The notes below the pieces were generated by a model that worked only from the letters and a program-made list of their open reading frames with translations, was not told where the DNA came from and did not search any database. A program made the position numbers and the translations under genes. Of a DNA stretch of 64,000 nt, positions 1 to 8,813 are shown one piece after another. Within the stretch, counting starts at the first letter, position 1. Every line of letters starts with the position of its first letter. Location: assembly GCA_002429485.1 (NCBI GenBank), contig DIZX01000015.1:21363-85362 (forward strand), in the 5' to 3' direction. Source of the DNA: Patescibacteria group bacterium UBA6017 (GTDB lineage: Bacteria > Patescibacteriota > Saccharimonadia > UBA4664).

Positions 1-38
1 CCGAAATTATACCATATACTGTACTTATGCTCTGCAGG

Positions 39-1472
39 CTATTTATGGATCCAAACGGGCGTACCGATGGTCGCCCAGTTATACACAAACTCAGCGGTAA
101 CATCGGGCAAATTCACGCACCCGTGTGACCCGCCGTAGTAGTAATCCTGACCCCCAAAATTACCGTTGCGCCAAGACGCATCGTGCAGTCCATATCCGGA
201 ATAAAACGGCATCCAATACTTCACCGGAACGTCATAATTGTACCCGTACTGATATCCCACCAGATGGGTATTGGTCGTTTTGTAATAAATGCTAAACAGC
301 CCTGTAACAGTGCCCAAACCGGCCCCGGTAGCCCCGGAAGTTATTGGCGATTCGTATATTACCGCATGATCTTGCCATACCCACAGGTGCTGCTTACTCA
401 GATTAACTTCAATGTAACGGCCCAGGTCTAAGGTGACCAAAGTCGTTGAAGTTGTGCGGAATGCCACCGGATGGGCCGTGACCGCAAGCGTCAGGGGAGT
501 CTGCTTATTCACGCTGTCGGTGATCGCGGCGGTCAGGGGATCCTGATCGATAGCCAAACCGTCCACACCAACCTGAGTCACCTTGCTGACGCCGTTCTCA
601 ATATTAACGGTTTGGTTAACCGGTGAAATATCGATCTTATTGGCCACGCTCTGTACGTAATTTTTCAACTTCGCAGTATTTACCTGCGGCACCAATTTAA
701 AGCCCGTCCCATCGGGCTGTTTATTAAATGCAATCCATTGGCCAATCTGAGAGGGGGTAGGAGTGTAGGTCTGGTCGGCGTAAGTCAACACGATCGGCAC
801 GGCCATCAGCCGCTTGGTTTCATCAATCGTTGGCGCCAACGCCGCCACCTGAATATCGGCTACTTGCTCGCGAGGCTTCAGCAAAAGCTTGGCGCCGCCC
901 GTAGTCCGCACGTCATCCTCAATCAACCGCTGCAAGCCGGCACGATCTATCGACCAGCCGCTTTTCTCGGGTATCGTCGACAAGGCACCGCCGGACACCA
1001 CCACACCGGCATCCACCGGGGGAGTGCCGATTTTGGTCGCCACGCTGGTTGCCAACGCATTCAACTGCGCCCGGTTCAGCCGGTAGGACAAATCCAGCGG
1101 CTCGTGATGCAGTGGGGGAAGCCAGCTGTCGCGGCCCGAAGCATACGCGCTGGCGAGAGTCGTTTCAACATCAAAGGTCGCGCCGACATCCGCCGCCGAC
1201 AATTCGTACTTCTCGCCGCCTACATCTAGGTGCAGGTGGTACGATGCCACGTCTTTTTGGATACTCGACCTTGCCTGCGCCAGCGTGAGACCGCCGAGAT
1301 TTTTCCCCGCCACCACCACGCCCGGAAGAATCCGATCGCCATACCAGGTCTGGACCGCCAAATGACTAGCCAGCCCGAAGAACCCCACGATGAGGCCTAG
1401 GGCTGCCACACGGGTCACCGATGTATAACCGGCGCTTCCATGAAGCTCAGGATCTAATCTCCGCCTCAGCAT
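39..1472 (-). CDS. L,D-transpeptidase (YkuD family) with N-terminal TM anchor and PG-binding/VanW-associated repeats
   Basis: C-terminal YIEVNLSKQHL...GLHDASWR...GSHGCVNL motif; N-terminal hydrophobic helix; TATACT 6 nt before the ATG. Confidence 0.9.
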   Translation of the reverse strand: MLRRRLDPELHGSAGYTSVTRVAALGLIVGFFGLASHLAVQTWYGDRILPGVVVAGKNLGGLTLAQARSSIQKDVASYHLHLDVGGEKYELSAADVGATFDVETTLASAYASGRDSWLPPLHHEPLDLSYRLNRAQLNALATSVATKIGTPPVDAGVVVSGGALSTIPEKSGWSIDRAGLQRLIEDDVRTTGGAKLLLKPREQVADIQVAALAPTIDETKRLMAVPIVLTYADQTYTPTPSQIGQWIAFNKQPDGTGFKLVPQVNTAKLKNYVQSVANKIDISPVNQTVNIENGVSKVTQVGVDGLAIDQDPLTAAITDSVNKQTPLTLAVTAHPVAFRTTSTTLVTLDLGRYIEVNLSKQHLWVWQDHAVIYESPITSGATGAGLGTVTGLFSIYYKTTNTHLVGYQYGYNYDVPVKYWMPFYSGYGLHDASWRNGNFGGQDYYYGGSHGCVNLPDVTAEFVYNWATIGTPVWIHK

Positions 1473-1524
1473 AAAAATAGTATACCGCTAATGCTCCACG
1501 AGAAACAACCCGAACCGACCAGCC

Positions 1525-4287
1525 TTAGCCCCTTACGGCAGCCCCAAGTTTGCGCCTCAATCGATTAATCACCGACTCTTCCAATGCAGCCGCCTCGGCC
1601 TCGGTCGGGGTCCGGTCGGGGAGTGTGAGCCTCAACCTTATCGTCAGGCTATTCATTCCCTGCGGCAATTCTTCCCCGTAATAATCACTCACAAACATCA
1701 CGTCCCAGTTTGCGGTTGCAGCCCGAATGTCTTCCCATGTCACGGCCAATGGCACCAGCATCGTCACGTCGCGCACCATTGTCGGAAAGGTACTCACCGG
1801 TACATACGCTCTCGTGATGCCGGCATTCATCAGGGGAGTCAGGTCCACCTCAAAATGCGCCACCTCTCCCTCGAATTTCATTGCCCGCACCAGCGCCGGA
1901 TGCAGTTGGCCGATTCCACCGATCTTGGTACCTGCCAGCCATATCTCACCGTACCGCCCAGGCGCATACTGAGCATCACTGGCCGGGCGAATCGTCAGTT
2001 CAACATTGAGTTCACGGGCAATAGCGTCAAGCATTCCCTTGGCCACGCGATAGCCCGCCTCAGGCTCAAGCACGGTCGCCCCGAGCCGCAATGGCTCATC
2101 GGGCTGATCACCCTTACCGCGTTTTACGAACACTCCCGATATCTCGTAAAACCGCATCGCCTTGGCATACATACGGTTTCGCTCCAGCGTCGCCATATGG
2201 CTCGGCAGCAAACTGCTACGCAGATATGCCTGCTCCGAAGACAGGGGGTTCTTGAGCTTCAAGTGATCCGCCGTATCCAACCCCAAACTTTTCAACTGAT
2301 CTGCCGACACAAACGAGTATGTCATCACCTCAAACGAACCGGCCGCCCACAAAATATCGCGCAAACGGCGGCGAACCGATCTGAGATGATCAAACTCTAT
2401 CCGGCGCGGACGCCACGAGGGGATAGTGGCCGGTATCTTGTCGTAACCAATCACGCGCACCACTTCTTCCGCCAAATCCTCAATCAATTTGAGGTCAGTA
2501 CGCCACCATGGCACCTCGGGAACACTTACGAAATCGCTCAAATCATTAGCAAACCGCCGCGCACCCAAAAATCCCGGATCTTCCGTAAATTTAGCCAGCT
2601 CGGCCTCAGCAACTTTGCCGGCGCTAGGGGAGGCGTGCACTACCTTACCATCACCCATATATATACCGACATGGCCGACTTTATGCGCCGGCTTAACTTC
2701 ATGACGCACATATGAACCGTCACCCGATCGCACGAAGTAATGATCTTGCACCACATCCTCGCGGTCGCCCTTGGTAAACAATGCGTCTCCGGGCTTCAGG
2801 TCGTCCAGCTCCACCGGACGGCCGATCTCGTACTGACCAAGCGCCGTAAAGCCGACCTGAAGGCCAATGAGCGAATATATGTAATCAACCAAATACGAGC
2901 AATCAAAGGCCGTCTCACGGTCAGTTTTGTACGAAGCTCCAAAGCGATATGGCCGACCAATAAGTTTGTGAGTTTCACCAACGATGTCAAACGTTGCCGC
3001 AGGAATTTCAAGTTTTGCCAACGCCGCTATGGTCTCTTTGTGCGAAATTCCAATGCCCAATAGCTTAGATAATTTGGCCACCGGCAGACCTATTCGAGTT
3101 ATCCAGGGCCATTCATTAAGCTGGTCGAAGGCTTCTACGAATTCACCCCCAGCCGCCTCCTCAAGGAGCTCAATAGCACGCGCCAGCCCGAGAGGGGGGA
3201 GTGTCACCGGCAGCCCACGCTCAAATCTTGCACTAGCTTCGGTGCGCAACCCGTGACGTTGAGCCATTTTTCGGATCGTCACCCCGTCAAATACGGCCGA
3301 TTCCAGTAGAATTTCGCGTGTTTCAGTCGACACTTCAGACGATTGGCCGCCCATCAGACCAGCTAGTGCGATAGGGCCGTGAGCGTCCGCAATGATCAGA
3401 TCAGCCTCAGTTAGAGTACGCTTAACTCCATCAAGCGTGACTAATCTTTCCCCTTTATGTGCGTGGCGAACATCTATAGGAAGCGTCACCTTGGCGGAGT
3501 CGAAAGCATGCAGCGGCTGACCAGTCTCCATCAAGACATAATTCGTAATATCCACCACCGAGCCGATCGTCCTCACCCCAGCGGCCCGCAACCTGGCCGA
3601 CATCCCGCGAGGGGAGTGGGTGGGCTGATTAACCTTTACCCGAGCCAAAGTATAGCGAGCCGCTGCTAATTTTTCTGCTAAAACGCCGGGCTTATCCAAA
3701 AACTTCACCGGCGGGGGAGCCAACGGTATCGATTTTGTCGAGGTCATAGCGGCCACTTCCCGCGCCAATCCTACAACACTCTGCACATCCCAACGATTCG
3801 CCGGGGTCTTGATATCTATTACCGTATCAGCCGGAAAAATCTCGCTCAAAGGGATTCCTAAGGGCGTATCATTTGACAATTCCATAATTCCGTTGTGATC
3901 TTGACCTAATTCAAGCTCAAATTCACTACAAAGCATTCCCTCACTCACCTCGCCCCGCAACTTCGCCTTCTCGATTCGATCTCCGCTGGGCAGGATAGCC
4001 CCAATCTGGGCGAGAGCCACTATCATACCCTCCCGCACGTTCGGCGCGCCGCACACAATCGCGTGCGAACCTTCCCCCGTCTGCACTTGCACCAATTTGA
4101 GTCTATCCGCTCCCGGATGCTGAACAACTTTTTTAACCAGTGCCGCCACGATCTTTTTATCAATCTCGTTTGACGACATTACTTGTTCAACTTCGATACC
4201 GGCTCGCTCCAGAGCCTCAACCACTTCACCATCCGTCAACATTGTGCGACGTAGGGCATCTTTGATCCAACCCGATGTGATCTTCAT
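1525..4287 (-). CDS. pheT: Phenylalanine--tRNA ligase beta subunit with inserted NlpC/P60 domain
   Basis: HPGADRL/IVCGAPN/SEGMLCS (B2), VVDITNYV..ETGQPLHAFD (B3/4), PWWRTDL..EDLAEEV (B5), NPLS/LRSSLLP and a C-terminal FDX-ACB domain; abuts pheS; ~150 extra aa. Confidence 0.97.
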   Translation of the reverse strand: MKITSGWIKDALRRTMLTDGEVVEALERAGIEVEQVMSSNEIDKKIVAALVKKVVQHPGADRLKLVQVQTGEGSHAIVCGAPNVREGMIVALAQIGAILPSGDRIEKAKLRGEVSEGMLCSEFELELGQDHNGIMELSNDTPLGIPLSEIFPADTVIDIKTPANRWDVQSVVGLAREVAAMTSTKSIPLAPPPVKFLDKPGVLAEKLAAARYTLARVKVNQPTHSPRGMSARLRAAGVRTIGSVVDITNYVLMETGQPLHAFDSAKVTLPIDVRHAHKGERLVTLDGVKRTLTEADLIIADAHGPIALAGLMGGQSSEVSTETREILLESAVFDGVTIRKMAQRHGLRTEASARFERGLPVTLPPLGLARAIELLEEAAGGEFVEAFDQLNEWPWITRIGLPVAKLSKLLGIGISHKETIAALAKLEIPAATFDIVGETHKLIGRPYRFGASYKTDRETAFDCSYLVDYIYSLIGLQVGFTALGQYEIGRPVELDDLKPGDALFTKGDREDVVQDHYFVRSGDGSYVRHEVKPAHKVGHVGIYMGDGKVVHASPSAGKVAEAELAKFTEDPGFLGARRFANDLSDFVSVPEVPWWRTDLKLIEDLAEEVVRVIGYDKIPATIPSWRPRRIEFDHLRSVRRRLRDILWAAGSFEVMTYSFVSADQLKSLGLDTADHLKLKNPLSSEQAYLRSSLLPSHMATLERNRMYAKAMRFYEISGVFVKRGKGDQPDEPLRLGATVLEPEAGYRVAKGMLDAIARELNVELTIRPASDAQYAPGRYGEIWLAGTKIGGIGQLHPALVRAMKFEGEVAHFEVDLTPLMNAGITRAYVPVSTFPTMVRDVTMLVPLAVTWEDIRAATANWDVMFVSDYYGEELPQGMNSLTIRLRLTLPDRTPTEAEAAALEESVINRLRRKLGAAVRG
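2545..2990 (-). other. NlpC/P60 cysteine peptidase domain inserted in PheT B5
   Basis: LIGRPYRFGA...FDCSYLV...LKPGDALF...GHVGIYMGDGKVVHAS...FLGARRF; Cys codon 2899-2901, His 2671-2673, His 2635-2637. Confidence 0.9.
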
Positions 4288-5316
4288 CTAAAACTGCTCC
4301 AGGAATTTGAAATTAGGCCGCCAAAACTCTCGCACGTCATCCACTCCGTATTTTATGGCTGCTAGTCTCTCCGGACCAAAACCAAATGCAAACCCACTAT
4401 AAATTTCCGGATCGATTCCGACGTTGCGCAAAACTTGCGGATGCACCATTCCGGCGCCGCCCAATTCAAGCCAGCCGGTGCCGCTGCACAAATGACAGAC
4501 TTTGCCGGCCAACTTACCAGAGCCCGCGCAAATCACGCATGTTGCATCCATTTCAACACTTGGTTCAGTGTAGGGGAAATAGTTGGAGCGCAAACGCACC
4601 TTGGTGTTCTCGCCCAATATCCCGCGCATCATCTGCTCGAGCGTGCCCTTGAGGTCACTGAGACTAATCCCTTGGTCAACCACCAGGCCTTCTATCTGAT
4701 AAAAGCTCCAGGAATGGCGCGCGTCCTCATCTTCATTGCGATATACCTTACCAGGCGCAACGATCCGGATAGGCAAGTCCCCTTTGTGCTCCTGCATATA
4801 GCGGATCTGGACCGCCGAAGTGTGCGTTCGGGGCAAATGCGCCTCTTCCAGATAGAAAGTGTCCTGCATATCGCGTGCCGGATGGTCCTTCCCTACCAGC
4901 AACGCCTCAAAATTGTGCCATTCCGTTTCTACCTCCGGACCCTCAGCCACCTGATAGCCCATCTGCCAAAACAGATCCACTAGCTCCTCCAACACCACGC
5001 TCACCGGATGACGGTGTCCCAGTCTCGGGGCCTCGCCTGGGGCTGTCACGTCCATTGGAGTAGACAAGGCCGATTCCACCTCTGCCCTGCTCAACTCCCC
5101 CTCTTTTGCGCTCAGCGCAGCCTCAATTTCTAACCGCAGCGCATTTGCTGCCTTGCCGGCCTCACCACGCTCAGATGGCGGCATCCCTCCAATCGCCTTC
5201 AGCGACTGAGTCACACTCCCCTTGCGTCCCAGATAAGCCACGCGCAAGTCCTCGAGCTCAGTCAGGCTCGAGGCATTCGCGATACTGGTCAACATTTCAG
5301 ATTTATCTACGGCCAC
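4288..5316 (-). CDS. pheS: Phenylalanine--tRNA ligase alpha subunit
   Basis: HPARDMQDTF, RTHTS, GKVYRNE, FPYTEPS, GFAFGFGPERL; Zn-ribbon CVIC..CHLC. Confidence 0.98.
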   Translation of the reverse strand: MAVDKSEMLTSIANASSLTELEDLRVAYLGRKGSVTQSLKAIGGMPPSERGEAGKAANALRLEIEAALSAKEGELSRAEVESALSTPMDVTAPGEAPRLGHRHPVSVVLEELVDLFWQMGYQVAEGPEVETEWHNFEALLVGKDHPARDMQDTFYLEEAHLPRTHTSAVQIRYMQEHKGDLPIRIVAPGKVYRNEDEDARHSWSFYQIEGLVVDQGISLSDLKGTLEQMMRGILGENTKVRLRSNYFPYTEPSVEMDATCVICAGSGKLAGKVCHLCSGTGWLELGGAGMVHPQVLRNVGIDPEIYSGFAFGFGPERLAAIKYGVDDVREFWRPNFKFLEQF

Positions 5317-5681
5317 CGTAACCTCACGTACACTTCGATAATTACCAAAAGTATTCCCAGTAGTATAGCATCAAGCACACCAAGTTGGCGCAGCGAGCTC
5401 AAACTAAGCAGCCCGACTACCCAAGTCGCCAGCAACATCCCCTGCCGCCATGAGTACCGCAGTCTGGCCGCGCCGGTGGCATGCAGATGCAAATACGTTT
5501 TTGTACCATAAAATAATAATGTAAAAAGGCTCGAAAAAGCCAAAAATAGCCCTACAAACCACATTGTCACCCCTAGCGGTCCAATCGCCAGCGGATTAGT
5601 AAAAATTAAGCTCAGCACCAATCCGGCCGCCGCCACAATCGAACCCACCGCTAGTGCAATCAACCATCCAAGAACCGTCAC
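5307..5681 (-). CDS. Small multi-TM membrane protein, first gene of the pheST operon
   Basis: Hydrophobic 124-aa ORF overlapping the pheS start; start codon uncertain. Confidence 0.75.
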   Translation of the reverse strand: MTVLGWLIALAVGSIVAAAGLVLSLIFTNPLAIGPLGVTMWFVGLFLAFSSLFTLLFYGTKTYLHLHATGAARLRYSWRQGMLLATWVVGLLSLSSLRQLGVLDAILLGILLVIIEVYVRLRWP

Positions 5682-5749
5682 TGCGCAACACCACTCATGC
5701 TTATATCTCCCCTATTATCGCACCCCTACCGCGCTTACCGCAAACCAAA

Positions 5750-5802
5750 CAAAAAACCGCTCCAGTCGGGCGCCTCCCGGCGATGACATGAGCGGTTTTT
5801 TG
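5750..5802 (-). terminator. Intrinsic terminator-like hairpin, possibly bidirectional
   Basis: caaaaaaccgctc...gagcggttttttg inverted repeat with T-tracts on both strands. Confidence 0.7.
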
Positions 5803-5818
5803 CAAAATAATTGCAGAG

Positions 5819-5899
5819 TTACGGGGCGAAATCTGAAGCATCCATTTGTGTGTAATTGACGCCAGTCGCCCCGTAAGTATTTCTACCCAAGGTGCGCAT
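5819..5899 (-). CDS. Candidate 26-aa small ORF MRTLGRNTYGATGVNYTQMDASDFAP
   Basis: ATG..TAA preceded by an A-rich leader and aagga; overlaps a ttacggggcga/tcgccccgtaa stem. Confidence 0.35.
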   Translation of the reverse strand: MRTLGRNTYGATGVNYTQMDASDFAP

Positions 5900-6013
5900 T
5901 GCGTGTATGTCCTTTTTTAAGGGATATATTGTTTTTGCGTTTTTGTTTTTGAGTAAAAATACGAGTTGTTTGGACTAGTCGACCGCAAATTTAATTGTGC
6001 TTTGCTTCGAACT

Positions 6014-6268
6014 GAGTCCGATTACTTCCTACCATCCCTTATGGGATAGCTGGAAGCAATCGGCTATGACAAGAATCATAACCGCTTGCTTCCAGCTTCC
6101 GTGAACTCTTAGTGTCGCCTTGGTTTGGACCCAAAGCAGGAGTTGTCGCTTTGGATAGTAGAACGAACCCTGGTTAGAAATAAGGGGGATACCTCTAACC
6201 GGGATTGGTCCTACCATCGCAGGTGCGGGAGGAAGTGAGAGAACTAAACTTTCAACGATCAACGAACT
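6014..6268 (-). ncRNA. Unassigned multi-stem structured RNA
   Basis: At least 5 helices around a closing stem acttcct/aggaagt; most G-U pairs favour the minus strand; consensus-like promoter immediately upstream. Confidence 0.6.
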
Positions 6269-6274
6269 GTATAT

Positions 6275-6303
6275 AACTTAGCACAAGCACTTTAGATTGT
6301 CAA
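6275..6303 (-). promoter_or_regulatory. Sigma70 promoter TTGACA-N17-TAAGTT with extended TG
   Basis: Minus strand reads ttgaca atctaaagtgcttgtgc taagtt. Confidence 0.75.
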
Positions 6304-6539
6304 TAGTCTTATGCTACATTTAGGAAGATATGCAGTAAATACTTCTGCATAGGTATTATTCGTCATTCCCCTACTCAGATATATTGATCGAAAAATGCCC
6401 CTTGTTGCATTAAAAACAACGTTTATGCACAAATATTTTGGCCTTATTTCCGAGCAAAAAGCGCACTAGACCACATAATTATTTGCATATCAATATAAAT
6501 TTCTGGCAAAACCTACCTCGAAGCCTGTATACTAAGCCA

Positions 6540-7775
6540 ATGTTGAGCTCAACTACATCTCTATCGATCGAGAAACTCCAGCTGCTCACGCCGACGCAGG
6601 CCCACGACCTAGCCGCCGAGTATGGATCCCCCATTTTCGTTTATAGCGAGGCCGCTCTGCTCGCCAGCGCCCGCCGGGCCCTCGCCTTCCAGGCGCCCTT
6701 CGGACTCACCGTGCGTTACGCCATGAAAGCCAACCCTATCGCGCCGATATTGCGCCTATTCAATGATGCGGGCCTCCAGATTGACGCCAGCTCCGGCTAT
6801 GAAGCCCATCGCGCCATCCGCGCTGGTATTGCCGCAGATCACATTATGATCACCTCTCAGCAGCTCCCGGAAGACCTCACGGCACTCATCGACCAGGGAG
6901 TCCGCTTCAATGCCACCTCACTCCATCAGCTCACCAGCTACGGCCGCCAATTCCCCGGCAGCGAAGTGTCGGTGCGGCTCAATCCCGGCGTCGGCTCGGG
7001 CCACAGCCCCAAGACCAATACCGGCGGCCCCACCAGCAGCTTCGGCATCTGGCACGAGGACATACCCGAAGTCAAACGCCTGGCCGCCGCCCATCATCTA
7101 CGCATCACCAAAATTCACACGCACATCGGAGCCGGCACCGATCCAAAGGTGTGGCACGAAGCCGCGCGGCTCACGCTCAAATTAGTCGAACACTTTCCCG
7201 AAGTCACCACAATCAACCTCGGCGGCGGCTTCAAGGTAGCTCGAATGTCGGGCGAACAAGCTACCGATCTTCGGAGTGTCTCGGCCGTCATCGCCGAACT
7301 CCTCGCGCTGTTTGCCGCCCAAACCGGCCGCCAGCTCCATCTGGAGATCGAGCCCGGCACCTACCTGGTGGCCGGCGCCGGATCGCTCATCGGCCGAGTC
7401 ATGGATCAAACGTCCACGGGCGAAGCGGGCTTTAACTTTCTCAAGCTAAACCTCGGCCTCACCGAAATCATGCGCCCCAGTCTCTACGGGGCCCAGCATC
7501 CCATCATTGTTCTCAACGACACCCCTACAGACCCGCAGCCATACGTAGTAGTCGGCCACACCTGCGAATCCGGCGACCTCCTCACCCCCGAGCCCGGCCA
7601 GCCCGACGTACCCGCCACCAGACAGCTCCAACGAGCTTCCATCGGCGACTTGGTGGTCATCGAGGGCGTCGGCGCCTACTGTGCATCTATGAGCGCCAAA
7701 GGCTACAACTCATTCCCCGAAGCCGCTGAAGTTATACTACACGCGGACGGAAGTTCCGCCCTACAGCAGCCCTAA
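6540..7775 (+). CDS. lysA: Diaminopimelate decarboxylase
   Basis: YAMKAN PLP lysine, DASSGYE, HTHIG, NLGGGF, EPG, HTCESGD, GAYC; start placed at ATG 6540, 6 nt after TATACT. Confidence 0.85.
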   Translation: MLSSTTSLSIEKLQLLTPTQAHDLAAEYGSPIFVYSEAALLASARRALAFQAPFGLTVRYAMKANPIAPILRLFNDAGLQIDASSGYEAHRAIRAGIAADHIMITSQQLPEDLTALIDQGVRFNATSLHQLTSYGRQFPGSEVSVRLNPGVGSGHSPKTNTGGPTSSFGIWHEDIPEVKRLAAAHHLRITKIHTHIGAGTDPKVWHEAARLTLKLVEHFPEVTTINLGGGFKVARMSGEQATDLRSVSAVIAELLALFAAQTGRQLHLEIEPGTYLVAGAGSLIGRVMDQTSTGEAGFNFLKLNLGLTEIMRPSLYGAQHPIIVLNDTPTDPQPYVVVGHTCESGDLLTPEPGQPDVPATRQLQRASIGDLVVIEGVGAYCASMSAKGYNSFPEAAEVILHADGSSALQQP

Positions 7776-8753
7776 TACTTCTTTGACCTGTGCCAATTTG
7801 GCGTTGGCCAGTTCCGAGGCGCGCCACCAGCCATGCTCAAGAGCCTTGTCGATCTTATCGTTGCCCTCGTGCATCAATTGTTCGTGGACATGCTGCAATG
7901 GCTTTAAGCCGTGTACCACAACTTCAGCCAGTTCCTGCTTGAATCGCCCATAACCCGCCGTAGCATACTTCTCTTCTAGCTCAGTCACCGGCTTATCCGT
8001 CAGGACAGACATAATCACCAGCAGGTTCGACAGCGCCGGCTTATCGGCCCCCGAAGACACCACGCTGCCCGAATCTGTCACTGCCTTCAAAATCTTTTTC
8101 TCAATCGTTTTTTCGTCATCACTGAGCAAGATATTACCAGAATCATCAGTATCACTCTTGCTCATCTTGCGGGTAGGATCCTGCAGGTTCATGATCCTTG
8201 CTCCCACCTCCTGTACGGTAGGCTGCGGAATCTTAAAGGTTTCCCCGTGAATATTATTAAACCTCGTCGCAATATCACGCGTCAGCTCCACATGCTGCTT
8301 TTGGTCCTCGCCCGTAGGCACCTCGTCGGCGTCATACAGCAAAATATCAGCCGCCATCAATACTGGGTAGTCATAAAGACCAACCAATTGACCCTCCGCT
8401 GCCGATTTCGACGACTTATCCTTGAACTGCGTCATCCGGTTGAGCTCGCCCATAGTGACATAGTTATTCAAAATCCACATCAACTCAGCGTGCGCCGGAA
8501 CCTGCGACTGCATAAAGATGTAAGAATGATCATGGTCCACGCCCGAAGCGATCAGCCACGCCACCGCCGAGCGGCTATTGCGATGCAACGTTTCCGGGTC
8601 CGGCCGCACCGTTAGTGCGTGAAGGTTGGGCACAAAGAAAAAGTGCTCCCGATCTGGATCAGCGCTCATCTGGCCCCATCGCTTCATCGCTCCAATATAA
8701 TTGCCTAGGGTCAAATCTCCGGTGGGCTTTATGCCCGATACAACTCGCTTCAA
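7761..8753 (-). CDS. trpS: Tryptophan--tRNA ligase
   Basis: SGIKPTG.LTLGNYIG, YPVLMAADIL, GEDQKQHVE, KMSKS. Confidence 0.97.
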   Translation of the reverse strand: MKRVVSGIKPTGDLTLGNYIGAMKRWGQMSADPDREHFFFVPNLHALTVRPDPETLHRNSRSAVAWLIASGVDHDHSYIFMQSQVPAHAELMWILNNYVTMGELNRMTQFKDKSSKSAAEGQLVGLYDYPVLMAADILLYDADEVPTGEDQKQHVELTRDIATRFNNIHGETFKIPQPTVQEVGARIMNLQDPTRKMSKSDTDDSGNILLSDDEKTIEKKILKAVTDSGSVVSSGADKPALSNLLVIMSVLTDKPVTELEEKYATAGYGRFKQELAEVVVHGLKPLQHVHEQLMHEGNDKIDKALEHGWWRASELANAKLAQVKEVLGLL

Positions 8754-8813
8754 AGTAATAACCTTTCTTTGTGTCTAACTATAACCGTTATGAGCTCGCC
8801 TAGCCACAATACG

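Noticed and set aside
1855-2715. Long antisense ORFs (also 14987-15748, 33279-34103, 60365-61378, 49535-50344)
   Set aside because: Shadow frames opposite well-supported genes in GC-rich sequence, with no protein motifs
2545-2990. Intein or intron explanation for the PheT insert
   Set aside because: No C/S...HN splice termini or LAGLIDADG motif; the frame is continuous and the motifs are NlpC/P60
6029-6262. 77-aa ORF over the structured RNA
   Set aside because: TTG start and no motif; the dense base-pairing is better explained as RNA structure, though coding is not formally excluded
5750-6270. T-box riboswitch, RNase P RNA or SRP RNA identity for the structured region
   Set aside because: No GGTGGNACC T-box bulge, no GAGGAAAGTCC followed by a CR-V, and ggaagctggaagc lacks the SRP helix-8 geometry
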